Source: Octopus sinensis (Eukaryota). From it: DNA of 64,000 bases. The stretch is from NCBI RefSeq assembly GCF_006345805.1, contig NC_043021.1:24428001-24492000 (forward strand). The letters are read 5' to 3'. Shown here one piece after another: positions 49,470 through 63,085 of the stretch (its first letter is position 1; each line of letters begins with the position of its first letter). The notes under the pieces are model-generated. The model did not search any database. It was not told the DNA's origin and saw nothing but the letters and a program-made list of their open reading frames with translations. Made by a program: the position numbers and the translations under genes.

Positions 49470-51000
49470 AGAGGAATTCGATTCCAGAATCCGGAAGGGT
49501 TTGTCATGAACTTTCAATGCCACAATACGTTCTACTTCCCAAATCCCAAAAACAATCCCCTTCGTCAATTTCCCCTCTGGTTTTTGGGGATTTTTTTTTA
49601 GTTTCCGAGGAATTCGTTCCACTCGCCACATCTTCTGGATACAGATCTTTCAGACCCCCTCTACAAATCGTCTCACATGTCCCCAATACACTCTCTCTAC
49701 TCTAACTTCACCCTAAAAACATGACGTCTCCTATTTACGTAGACTCCACTTTTCACTGAAACTCTCATCTTTCATCTGGGTATCAGTAATACTAACTCCC
49801 AATTACTCTGGATCAAAATCTCCTTCTTCACTCCCTTCCTAATACATCTGTGCCCTCCACAAATCTTCTGACTCCTCAGACCATTAAAATCTCTTCGCCT
49901 GTATCTTCTCTTGCACTAAGGACATTTATCACCCTTCACTTAAGTCATCGTCCTTTGGCACTTCGATATTTACAATTCTTTATCGCAGTTTAAATCATCC
50001 CACAACGAATCCACCAAAACAGAAACCAGATCTTTACTAATTTTCAGCTCTCTTCAACCACTTCTTTCATCCCCTCCGTAAATCCTAGAGCAGCTTTCTG
50101 ATATTCCAAACACACTTCATCTCTTTTGCACCGCCAAACCTAATCAAAGTCAATCTGGAGCCGTCTCTTCACCTGTCTAATAATCTGCCTCATCCCGTCA
50201 ACCTTATATACATCCACATATCATACGATCACTCCTATGCCCTGAGTTCTTTGGTTCTTCATGTTAGTCAACTGGTCAGAGCTCCATTAGTTTTACGCCA
50301 ACAACCGCTGGGAGTATATGAACTTCACTCTTGACCAGTCAGAAACAACTCGGCAAATGATTAAACAATTTTGCATTTCCAACACCACAAAAATCCGATG
50401 ACCCAAGATCCCGCAAATAGTGTGTTCAGAATTGTGCTGAAACTGTTTTAGCACAAAGGAGGGCTAGCTATTCATCCACTCCTCAAAAGTTGAATTTTCT
50501 ATCCTCCTTCTTTGAGAGACGGGTGGAGCACATATCTGGGCAGTTGTAATAAGAGCCTTACGAATGTAGTTGACAGTAGTGCTGACGTGGAGGGCATTGC
50601 TGTTAGGTAAGAGCCTATCGAGAGATCAAAGAGACGAGTGGGCCATCAGGGTTCATTAGATGCGGGCGAGACCGACAATTTATCCGCACAGCGACCCCTC
50701 AGATTCTCTGCCCTCTTTACAAATAACTCCACGCTACATTCACTTGGTAAATCTCCTCCATTTCTATTTCAGGGGTCGCTATCCATCCGGTGCTCTTGTC
50801 CCATTCGTCTCTCCTCCTTTTCTCGTTACCCTCGTTGTATCCAACACCCCAGCAAGTACCAGGTTAGTCACGTGTTCCCATTCCTTCTTTTCCCTAAACG
50901 TTCTCCCTCCGGTATTCTCTTTCTGCTCGTTTATTTCCCGCATTAATGCCAACAGTCTTTCTAAGAGGGTCTGCAAAGGCGATGGGCGCTGCCCCTTTTC
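49470..51000 (-). other. Unidentified purine-biased (minus strand) segment, possibly a decayed TE
   Basis: Non-repetitive 1.5 kb with strong strand skew and many stops; no motif recognised securely. Confidence 0.25.
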
Positions 51001-52039
51001 TCCAGACACAGTAAGAAGCAACATCAACAACAACAACAAGACAGACATCAAAGCTGCTACATCACCGCCGCCGCCGCCGCTGCAACCAATCAAAACAACA
51101 ACAAAACGCCACCAACACCAACACAACCTCTTTCAGCATCGAAACATTGTCACCACCACCACCACCACTACAACCACCACCACTACAACCACCACCACTA
51201 CAACCACCACCACCACAACCACCATCACAACCACCACCACCACTACAACCACCACCACTACAATCACCCCCCACTCATATCGTTACCACCATTTCTGGAA
51301 AGGAAAAAATAACCGATGCGATGGTCATTACTGGAGTATTTTGTATCAGAAATCTGTACTATAAGGCGTCGACTAAGGGTTAAACATCATCAGCAATAAC
51401 AACAACAGCTGTGTAGCAGCACTAACAATAACAACAACACCATCCACAACGGCATCAACAACAACAACTGCAACGTCGCCCTTTATCCATTCCAATAACA
51501 ACAGATTCTCTTCGTTGTCGTCGTCGTCGTCGTCGTCATTCTAAAGCAACGCCATTACAACGACAACCAACAGCAGCAGCAGCAGCAAAAGTAACACGTG
51601 ACCTCTGACCCTCACGTTCCTCAACCAATAATGCGATCCAAAAATATATCTTTGAATTTCCAGATCTACCAGTGCCAGAGCTAACACCAATCACCACTGT
51701 TACTACCACCACCACTACCACCACCACCGCCGCAGCCCACTCTTTTACCGTCTTCATCTTCGCAACAACTACTACTACTACTACTACGCTACCACCACGA
51801 CTACCACCACCTCTGTTCTGCTGGCACCAATACTACCATCATCAATACACCAAACACCACCACCACCACCACCACCACTACTACTACTGCTACTACTAGC
51901 ACCATTATCGCCCACCTACTACCACGGAAACCACTCCTAACTGCTGTTACAACTACAACTGTAGCCATCACAGCGACCATTTTCACGCATCGGCTAACCA
52001 CAAATACCACCACCTCCACCATCTTCGGACAACATCTCA

Positions 52040-53090
52040 TCGCCATCATCAACGTCACCATCACCACGCCACCACCACCGCCGCCACCACCACTCACCAC
52101 CACCACTGCCACCACTCACCATCACCACCACCGCCACCACCACTCACCACCACCACTGCCACCACTCACCACCCACCGCCGCTACCAACCACTGCCACTA
52201 ACTACTCACCATCGCCATCGCCACTCACACCACCACCACCACCGCCACACCACTCACAACGCCGCCACCACACTCACCACCACACCACCACTGCCACCAC
52301 TCAACCACCACCCCATCACCATCTCGCCACCTGCCACCACCACACCCCGCCACCACTCACTCATCACCAACCCCGCCACCACCACTCACCACCACCACTG
52401 CCACCACTCACCATCTCCATCGCCATCGCCACTCACCACCGCCACCACTCACCACCGCCGCCACCACCACTCACCACCACCACTGCCACCACTCGCCATC
52501 ACCATCGCCATCGCCACTCACCACTCACCACCACTCACCACCGCCGCCACCACCACTCACCACCACCACTGCCACCACTCACCATCACCACCGCCGCCAC
52601 CACCACTCACCACCACCACTGCCACCACTCACCATCACCACCGCCGCTACCACCACCGTCACCACTCACCATCGCCATCGCCACTCACCACCGCCACCAC
52701 TCACCACCGCCACCACTCACCACCACCACTGCCACCACTCACCATCACCACCGCCGCCACCACCACCGCCACCACCACCACCGCCACCACCGCCACCACT
52801 CACCATCGCCATCGCCGCCACCACCACTCACCGCCACCACTGCCACCACTCACCATCACCACCGCCGCCACCACCACCGCCACCACTCACCACCACCACC
52901 ACCACCACTCACCATCACCACCGCCGCCACCACCACTCACCACCACCACTCACCACCACCACTGCCACCACTCACCATCACCACCGCCGCTACCACCACC
53001 GCCACCACTCACCACCACCACCACTCACCATCACCGCCGCCACCACTCACCATCACCGCCGCCACCGCCACCACCACCACCACCGCACTC
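52040..53090. repeat. ~1 kb CCA-derived minisatellite with 50-bp higher-order unit
   Basis: GCCACCACTCACCATCACCACCGCCGC.. at 52571 and 52621; built from CCA, CTCACC and GCC words. Confidence 0.9.
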
Positions 53091-53707
53091 CTAAACGATA
53101 TCTCTAAATCCACATTTGCTTCACAGCTACAGCAACAAGATCCACAGATTCATTAACAACAACTTTACGATCCTCACCGCCGCCGCCGCCTTCCCCTTCA
53201 CCATCATCGTCATCGTCATCACAATCATCATCATGGCTATCACTACGAAGCCATCATCACGTTTCATTCATTTAAATGAAATACCGCAATATATCCGACG
53301 TACGGACAGATCCAGTTCTGCATTACAGAGATTTACGCGCAGACGCACTCACTCACACATCTGCAAACAACAGACAACACACGCACTCATTCGCAAAGAC
53401 CTTTACACACAGAGAAAACCACGGCTGCGCAGTCATAAAGCACTGACGCAAAAAGTTTAAAGCTAAAAAAATATACAAAATGAGATTGAATTCCTCTCTC
53501 CTTCTCCTTCTCCCCCCATTTATCACATACATACACGCATACATACACACATATGCACAGACACAAGGCAATACACGGACACAGTGATACAGATGGACAG
53601 ACACACACACATAATGTAGTCAATCTGGAAAATTGAAATTACCACCACAAAATACACACACGTATGCATACATACACATAGAGAGAGATTAATATGGGTA
53701 AACATGA

Positions 53708-53756
<49 letters not shown>

Positions 53757-54469
53757 AGTATATATGTGTGTATATATGCATGTAAGATTATATGTGTACG
53801 TGTGTGTGTGTGTGCATACATTCATAAATGCGAGCATTCACATACGCTCTCCCTTCCGTAACAATCGTAGAAATACTTTATTAACAAACACCCTTCCCCT
53901 GCCCGATGCCATTACCAAGTTAAAAACTGAAATGGTTCGATCATCTAATCATATGGCCATCCAATAAGAAGTCAGCGCTGGTGCTCCACAAAAACATCCC
54001 AAATCCCAATCAAAATGGTGTCCAGTGCCTTAGAGTTCTGACCGTTCAGATTAAAATTATCTTCATCCAACAATATGATGCCACCTGGTGAAGATTTTGG
54101 GGAGATTAGGCTGCTATTTATAGCAAGAGGAGTTAACACATATTACAATGATGGCTAACTTAATTAGACCGTTGAACAGAAATTTTAATTTGTTTAATAA
54201 TGCCCTTATTACAGCATCACATATATTTTAGGTAGCCGTAAATATTTTATAATATAGCATTGTAGGGAGAATTTTTATTTTCAAAATACATCACGTGTCA
54301 ACTAAAATTCATCACGTGGCATCTAAAATAACTTGGCATGTAAATTGCTAACTTTCGCTCTATGCTCGCCCTCATAGGTTTGCAATTCGAACCCTTTGAA
54401 AGAAACAGTTCCACTTCTATGAGTAAGGAACATAAACTCTAATTATATTATAGTTTGTCTTGAAGAGGA

Positions 54470-54505
54470 ATATATAACGTTTCGGTCGATAAACCACCAT
54501 CAGGA
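54470..54505 (-). ncRNA. Degenerate minimal hammerhead-like motif (Penelope-like pseudo-LTR relic)
   Basis: CTGATGG-T-GGT(ttatcg)ACC-GAAA-CGTT: A9 mutated and no stem I pairing. Confidence 0.3.
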
Positions 54506-54974
54506 AGAGAGATTTTTGTAATTTAGCTACATGTCTGTTATCAATGACTACACCTTTCTTCAACGATGCTCCTCCTCCTTTTCAGACATAATATGCCTAG
54601 AACTACATTAAATAATCTGTCCATCCCTGTTTAAGATGGTAGCATATAACCTGACGCATGTTTGGTTGTTATTTTTAGCATTAGTACACTGAGTGACCTC
54701 ATAGAAATATACGTTTTTGATTAGTAGATATATGTGTGTATGCGTGTGTATCTATTTACACACAGACACAAGACTCATACGAATTGGCTAAAATAATCAA
54801 TATAGTCTCACTCACACTATATATACACATATGCACACATGCATATAAAAATATCCTTTGCATATTAAATACCCGCAGCGTTAAACAGATATCTGGTATT
54901 GGAACAGTCCTTATAAATATACATCGTATCACACATTGAAGAGAGCAAAGGAACAATATTTCTCGCTCTCCTTC

Positions 54975-55006
<32 letters not shown>

Positions 55007-55616
55007 CCACACACACAAATACATACATAGAGACAAACAGACAGAAAGGAGAGAAATATAGTGACTCATCCATTTCCATATATACGAATCCACACACGCA
55101 TATACAGTTATTCATAGATAGATAAACATAACGGACACATAGATACAGCATATATTAAAATGACAACAATATATACAGACATAGCGTAAATATATATATG
55201 AACACGTATTACTCATGCAAGAGCAAAGATCAGGGAGTCATGAACCAAACCCAGCACAACCCACACTCAATGGACCCAGATTAAACGCCCTGATCGGAAA
55301 TACGTATTCAGATACATACTGAACAGGCAAGGTTCTACACACACACACACACACACACACACGCATTAACGCATTCGTACGTAAATGTTGTTGAGTTGAA
55401 TCGTTGAAGGGTCGGGCAGCCACTTGGGCTATTGAGTTACGCGCTTTTTTTACGTCCACGAATTAGATTTTACTTTATTCTGCGGGATTTTTTTTAATAA
55501 AGAGTTGTAAGTTCAGTAGTAAGTTCAATATAACTGACCCAGCAACAGAAATTTCAAACTTCTCTCTTTAAGATACAACTATTATTATAAAGAAACATAC
55601 ACCCAATAGAAATCAC

Positions 55617-55617
<1 letters not shown>

Positions 55618-55684
<67 letters not shown>

Positions 55685-55700
55685 ATGTGTGTGTGTGTGT
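55618..55700. repeat. (GT)n microsatellite
   Basis: Direct inspection. Confidence 0.95.
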
Positions 55701-55894
55701 AGTTTGCAATGTTTCACCAAATAGAATTATAACTGTTATTAAATATGACTAGAGTATTAGAAACCCCTACAATGTAGGGGTTTCTAACACCCTAGTTACA
55801 TTTAGTGCTCTAAAGAACCAAATTGATCTCAACAGCAGTGAGAAAAAACCGTTGAGAGTACCAACTAAAGATTTCATTACCTTCGTGTGCTCAG

Positions 55895-56530
55895 GTCAGC
55901 GGATCCATTTCAAGAAGAACAAGAAACTTCCTGTGAGAGAAGAAAAGTGAAACGGCTATTTGAAGGGGACTGCAGATTTTCCAGGGTGCCAGGGACTCTT
56001 TCCAATCCCAGTTACGAAAGAACTGGTCATTTTAATGTGGTGTGAAAGAAAGAAAGTTGTGAATCTAATCGAGTTAACGGTTCCTCATGAAGATAACATG
56101 GATGCCACTCGGGCTCGAAAGATTGACCGTTATGTAAACTTCCTCGAGAAATGTGAAGAGGCAGACTGGAAAGCGGAACATTTTCCTATCGAAGTCGGAT
56201 GTGGAGGGTTTGTTGGATACAGCGTGGGACGACTGTTGTTATCGTTAGGCCTAACTCATCGTAAGGTAAATACCACCATGACCGATATCCGAACTACAGT
56301 GGAGAAGGCGAACCACTGGATTTGATTACAAAGAGACGATGAACGATGGCTAGAGAAATATTGAGTTATATTTAATAACCAGTGGATCTAACAAGCAAGG
56401 CCTCATATCAGTGAGGGGGGATGCGTATTGATGCCGTCGAGAGGTAGGCCCCGAAACGGCACGCATTCTCTCCTGATGACCCCATACACTTGCTGGTTTC
56501 CGGTATGCGGAGTTCTCGACTGGTAGCACT
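55895..56530 (+). mobile_element. HERO-like restriction-like-endonuclease retrotransposon 3' fragment
   Basis: LIELTVPHEDNMDATRARKIDRY..C...W.A.HFPIEVGCGGFVG.S..RLL..LG..AVEKA-like/HWI; RPD motif missing; structured 3' UTR. Clade assignment is from motif recall. Confidence 0.7.
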
Positions 56531-56999
56531 TGCATGTGCATGTTGTTTGCAAGACACACACATATATAATATGTATACAGACACACACCACCTCGCCTCT
56601 CCCTCCCTTCCTAACCCCCCTCCATAGAGCCGTATGGGCGTCTAACCATTTTTTCTCGAACACCGTTTCTTTTTCATCATATATTTCCTACCGCCTTTTC
56701 TTTTTTTCTATTATTTGTGATGAAGAAGAACTAGACTCCGAAATGTCAAGTCTCTATCTCTTTTTTTAAGCGTTAAACTAATACAGCATTTGTTAAGACT
56801 TGTCCTTCCATGTTATCTTTTTTGTGCTCATTGCCTAATGTATATATGTGTGAGTGGGTGTGGGGATGTTTGGTTAGGCGTTTGGATGGGTGTTTGGGTG
56901 TGTACTTGTGTGTTTATGCGAGTGTGTGTATGCATAGAACACGCCCAAAAATTACTAATAGTTTCCAATTGAAAAACAGGGCCAGCCATTTTGAGGAGA

Positions 57000-57130
57000 A
57001 GGGCTAATCGAAACGACCGACTCCAGTATTTGACTGGTACATTATTTTATCGACCCAGGGACAATGAAAGGCAATTTTTAAAAATTGCTGGATTTTAACT
57101 CAGAACGTGAAGACTCAGAAAATACCGTGA
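57000..57130 (-). mobile_element. SINE family C, diverged
   Basis: TTTTATCGACCC..ATGAAAGGCAA..TTTTAACTCAGAACGT. Confidence 0.6.
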
Positions 57131-57689
57131 ACCATTTTTTTTTTTACGCTGTCATATGTTTTCCACTTACATATATGTGTGGGTGGGTGTGGGGATGTTT
57201 TACATTTCCGAAAACTGTGTCTTGAGAATTCCTATATGTTTTACTACAGTTCCAATTTATGATACTCTAATCATTTATGCTGTTGTTGCAGTTTCGCCCT
57301 AGGCCACACCTCGAGGAACATATCTGTAGCCAAGAATATCCAAGGTCTAACTTGTCTTCTCTTTTTGTCCTTTCTTTGGGGAGGGAATTCATCCAGGCCC
57401 ACATTAAATAATGCGATTTTATTTTTCAGACATTAAGATGTTATTTTATGGAGACTTGGCTGCTATCTCTAGCACATTGAGTGACCACATTCAATGAGTG
57501 ACCTCCAATGGCTGTCTCTCTCTCCCACTGGTGTAAAATCACGCACAAACAGACTCACACAAACACACGCTCATTCACTTATATGAACACCTACATATTC
57601 TCACACATCAGGGATTCCATATCCGTGAAAAAAATCCAGTTTGAAAGATTTGAAAGACATCAAATGCCAACGTTATTCAACCGCATATA

Positions 57690-58219
57690 CGTGGTCTAGT
57701 CAATAACTACCCGAACTGTTATAGTAACGAAGCTAAAGCACGCAGTGTAAAGCCGCTTGGCACAGATTGACCTTAAACGCTGCTATGCAAGCTCACAAAG
57801 TTTTAACGTTCTAGCTCACTTTCACTGTTTGCAGCAGTACTTGGAAGAAAGGTGTGTAGCGTGTGATCGTCGCATTGACAGAGAAAGTTGTCATGGCGAT
57901 ACCTGCTTTGAAGCCTGCGCAAAGTTGCAGAAAGTGTAAGGAGAGGAGTGTATGAACCACATACAAGTTTACGAGCGGTTCACACGTTTCCAAGATAGCC
58001 GAAAAAAGTCGATACTGACGTACGCAGGAGTGGCTGTGTGGTAAGTAGCTTGCTAACCAACCACATGGTTCCGGGTTCAGTCCCACTCCGTGGCATCTTG
58101 GGCAAGTGTCTTCTGCTATAGCTTCAGGCAGACCAAAGCCTTGTGAGTGGATTTGGTGGACAGAAACTGAAAGAAGCCCGTCGTATATATATATATATTA
58201 TATATATATATATATATAT

Positions 58220-58251
<32 letters not shown>

Positions 58252-59003
58252 GCGTGTGTGTGTTTGTGTATCTGTGTTTGTCCCCCTAGCATTGCTTGGC
58301 AACCGATGCTGGTGTGTTTACATCCCCGTCACTTAGCGGTTCGGCAAAAGAGACCGATAGAATAAGTACTGGGCTTACAAAAGAGTAAGTCCTGGGGTCG
58401 AGTTGCTCGATTAAAGGCGGTGCTCCAGCATGGCCGCAGTCAAATGACTGAAACAAGTAAAAGAGTAAAGAGAGTAGCTCCGAGAGACCTGCAGCCAGCA
58501 GAAGTTAGAAAAATATCACAAATGTGCATGCAGTTGAGAGGAAATCGTCGAATCACCATCCGTGAGTTATCAGAGGATATGCAGATTAGTTGCGGTTCAG
58601 TTCAGTCCATTCTCACTGAAAATTTGAGAAGCGTGTCTGCCAAGTTTGCGCCAAAATTGCTTTCAGCTGACCAAAAAGAAACTCGGGTTTCAATTGCACA
58701 TGAATTCCTTGATTGTGTTGGTAACGATGAAAATGTCTTGAACACTTTGCGCATCTCGAAGCTTTTGGCAAAATTTGATGCAGACTCTCTGCTCAACTTT
58801 CTCTGTCATGGTCAATGCGAAGATCACACGCTACACACCTTTCTTCGAAGCACTACTGTAAACAATGGAAGTAATCTAGAACGTGAAAATTTAGTGCGCA
58901 TGCGCCACAAAGTTTAAGATCAAACTGTGCCAAACGGCTTCACTCTGTGTGCGTTAGCCTCGTTACTGTGACAACAGTCCGGATACTTATTGATCAGACC
59001 TCG
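57690..59003 (+). mobile_element. Internally deleted mariner element with long inverted ends, interrupted by a SINE
   Basis: TA|CGTGGTCTAGTCAATAACTACCCGAACTG ... CAGTCCGGATACTTATTGATCAGACCTCG|TA; KLQKV*GEECM..QVYERF; NRRITIRELSE..ISCGSVQSILTE..VSAKFAPKLLS.DQK; no DDD catalytic domain. Confidence 0.85.
58022..58475 (+). mobile_element. SINE family A, full length, nested in the mariner element
   Basis: Complete head, core and tail. Confidence 0.9.
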
Positions 59004-59059
59004 TATAGACAGCATCCATTCTATACACTTAAGGGGATGGATGCATAGATTGTTAACCT

Positions 59060-59114
59060 GTTTCAGTCATTGAACTACAGCCATGCTGGAACACCGCCTT
59101 CAAGTCTTGATATA

Positions 59115-59145
<31 letters not shown>

Positions 59146-59445
59146 GACGGCATAGAATAAGAGACCGATAGAATACTATCTGACTAACGTGCATACAGGC
59201 GCATGCGTGGTTATTTATATCATGTACAGGAGTGCGCGTGCGTAGGTGTTTGTGTGTGTATACATATGATCTCCAAAACCACACACACACACATACACAC
59301 ATATAGAGAGAGAGACAGGGTCAGAGACACACCGATAGATAGTTTGCGTCTATCAAATCCATTTATAGGCCTTTGGTTGGGTTGACCCTAAGCTATAATT
59401 TAAGACACTTGCCTAAGGTACCATGCATTGGGACTCACAGACAGA
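59060..59445 (-). mobile_element. SINE family A, diverged, centre replaced by duplicated sequence
   Basis: GTTTCAGTCATT..GCCATGCTGGAACACCGCC and TCTATCAAATCC..AGACACTTGCCTAAGG pieces. Confidence 0.6.
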
Positions 59446-59463
59446 CATGAGTCCATATATATA

Positions 59464-59592
<129 letters not shown>

Positions 59593-59602
59593 GATATATA
59601 TA

Positions 59603-59649
<47 letters not shown>

Positions 59650-59652
<3 letters not shown>

Positions 59653-60066
59653 GGTGCAGGAGTGGCTGTGTGGTAAGTAGCTTGCTGACCAACCACATGG
59701 TTCCGGGTTCAGTCCCACTGCGTGGCATCTTGGGCAAGTGTCTTCTACTATAGCCTCGGGCCGACCAATGCCTTGTGAGTGGATTTGGTAGATGGAAACT
59801 GAAAGAAGCCCGTCGTATATATGTATATATATATATGCATGTGTGTGTTTGTGTGAGTGTGTTTGTCCCCCTAGCATTGCTTGACAACCAATACTGGTGT
59901 GTTTATGTCCCCGTTACCTAGCGGTTCGGCAAAAGAGACCGATAGAATAAGTACTGAGCTTACAAAAATAATAAGTCCCGGGTTCGAGTTGCTCGATTAA
60001 AGGCGGTGCTCCAGCATGGCCACAGTCAAATGACTGAAACAAGTAAAACAGTAAAGAGTAAAGAGT
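59650..60066 (+). mobile_element. SINE family A, full length
   Basis: Complete head, core and tail. Confidence 0.9.
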
Positions 60067-60267
60067 ATATATATATATATATATGTTTTTAGAAAAAGGA
60101 GGTATTTTGGATAATTCTTTATTCGCGCTTACGTTCGTTTATCGAACTCGTCAAGACAAAATGTCTTGTGTAAAAGAATTATCCAAGATTTTGACTGCCT
60201 CCTATTTCTCAATATACAATAACTCTATACCATTTCAAACGCTGTATACACACACGTGTGTATGTGC

Positions 60268-60331
<64 letters not shown>

Positions 60332-60782
60332 GTAGATATATTTTGTAAGTATGTATGTGTATAATATATGCACGTGTACTAAACAAAGAATGTAGACACT
60401 TGCCAACATGTATTTCTGTAACTTCTGCAGCTCCTACCAACACACCCAGTCAACCATATTATGCACACCTCACACTACATCTCTCACGATTCTACACACA
60501 CAGCTTTATACGCCCGTAAGTACACCAGCACAAGCATACTGAAAACATACATAGGCTACGCAAATATAGTTTAACAACACTCACTCGCTCTAGCACGATC
60601 CAGCAAAGAAATACATTAATATCCACCCATCCATCCATCGATCCATGCACTTGAACGTGTACACACGGCTCTCTGTACCCGCGAATACAGGACATACACG
60701 ACGTACAAAATCCAAATATATTTAACAACATTAATTCTAATTCACTCAAGCACAAGCCAACTCAAACCATACCATATATATT

Positions 60783-60821
<39 letters not shown>

Positions 60822-60837
60822 TATATTATATATACAT

Positions 60838-61175
60838 ATAGGCGCAGGAGTGACTGTGTGGTAAGTAGCTTGCTAACCAACCACATGGTTCCGGGTTCAG
60901 TCCCACTGCGTGGCATCTTGGGCAAGTGTCTTCTGCTATAGCCCCGGGCCGTCGCATATATGTATACATGTATGTGTTTGTGTGTCTGTGTTTGTCCACC
61001 TAGCATTGCTTGACAACCGATGCTGGTGTGTTTACGTCTTCGTAACTTAGCGGTTCGGCAAAAGTGACCGAAAGAATAAGTCCCGGGGTCGATTTGCTCG
61101 ACTAAAGGCGGTGCTCCAGCATGGCCGCAGTCTAATGACTGAAACAAGTAAAAGAGTAAAAGAGTAAAAGAGTAT
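60838..61175 (+). mobile_element. SINE family A with internal deletions
   Basis: Head joined at GGGCCG|TCG to the internal microsatellite; tail present. Confidence 0.88.
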
Positions 61176-61905
61176 ATATATATATACGTGTGTGTGTGCG
61201 TATGTGTGTGTGTGTGTTTGTATCTATGTATGCAATAAACATACTCATATATACATCACTCACACACACACAGGGTAAGACATAACGTATTACAGAGGAA
61301 GCGCTACAAATTCGAGCGACAATCCATTCATCGATCCTGCTGCTACCAACTCACACTTCCCTCCCTCCCTCTTTTCCCCCCCCCCCCCCTCCACATCAAT
61401 CCATAATGTCGGAACTATCAGCCGGCGGCGTGCCCTGCAACGCAATGCAACAGCGTCGCCGCTCAACAACACACTCGAACACGGCTAAATTATTAAGCAA
61501 CATTAGTAGCGTCACTAGAGGCGCTACTGCTGTCCAAATTGCAATTATCATTGGTCCGGCCAGCAAACATGTCCTCTTCAGCATCTCTCCCAACCTCCTC
61601 ACGCTTCTCGCTGGTGTTTGCTTTAGTTTTCTTCTTATCTTATTCCAGAGAATCTTTCATTGGATTCCTGCAACTTTATTTATATCCAAGATTGGTTCAG
61701 TTGGTTTCGGGATTGAAACTCGGAAATATTGATTTTGTAACGAATAATATACTCGAGAATACTATCTGACTAACGTGCATACAGGCGCATGCGTGGTTAT
61801 TTATATCATGTACAGGAGTGCGCGTGCGTAGGTGTTTGTGTGTGTATACATATGATCTCCAAAACCACACACATATATAGAGAGAGACAGGGACAGAGAC
61901 ACACC

Positions 61906-62004
<99 letters not shown>
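61906..62004. repeat. (GATA)n microsatellite
   Basis: Perfect GATA run. Confidence 0.95.
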
Positions 62005-62104
62005 GGATTTCGTTTTTGTATTCAGTGTACAAGATTCTTTCTGTGAAATCGTATGTTGAAGCATATTTTGTTTTGCCTGGCGAAATCATTCCGTTTTAAG
62101 GCGA

Positions 62105-62300
62105 AATATATATACGTATATATACATACATATTCCCGAACATATATACATAAACATACATATATACTAATGTATACATACACATATACATATATATATA
62201 TATACTACATCAAATAATTATATACAAATATATATATATATATATATACATATACATACAAATATATACATATATATACTTATATATCTCTACATATATA

Positions 62301-62336
<36 letters not shown>

Positions 62337-62781
62337 CATATATACATATATATACATATGTATATATATATTATACACATCATACATATATACACATACG
62401 TATATAGAAACATACATACGTATATATATATATACGTATATATATTATATATACATATGTATATATATATAATATATATCATATATAATATACACATTTA
62501 TATATATATATTATATAATATATATATTATAATATAATATATATATATATATATACGTATATATATATACGGACGTATATATACATACGTATATATATAC
62601 AGTACGTATAATATATATAAGTATGTATATATATATGAATATATACATACGTATATATGTATATATATAGAAAGAGAGAGAGATACGTATATATATATAT
62701 ATATGTATATATATGTGTATATATATATTATATATATATATATATATATAATATAATATGTAATGTTTATATATATGCATG

Positions 62782-62818
<37 letters not shown>

Positions 62819-62962
62819 GTAGTTATATACATACGTATATATATATATATATATACATACGTATATATATATACGTACGTATATTACATACATACATACG
62901 TACACTTACATACGTATATATATATATAATATATATATACGTATGTATATATATATATACGT

Positions 62963-63007
<45 letters not shown>

Positions 63008-63085
63008 ACGTTTATACATAAATGCGTATATACATACATGCGTACATGTATGCATACATACATACATACATACATGCATACATAC
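62105..63085. repeat. ~1 kb degenerate (TA)/(TACA)/(TACG) array
   Basis: Direct inspection. Confidence 0.9.
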
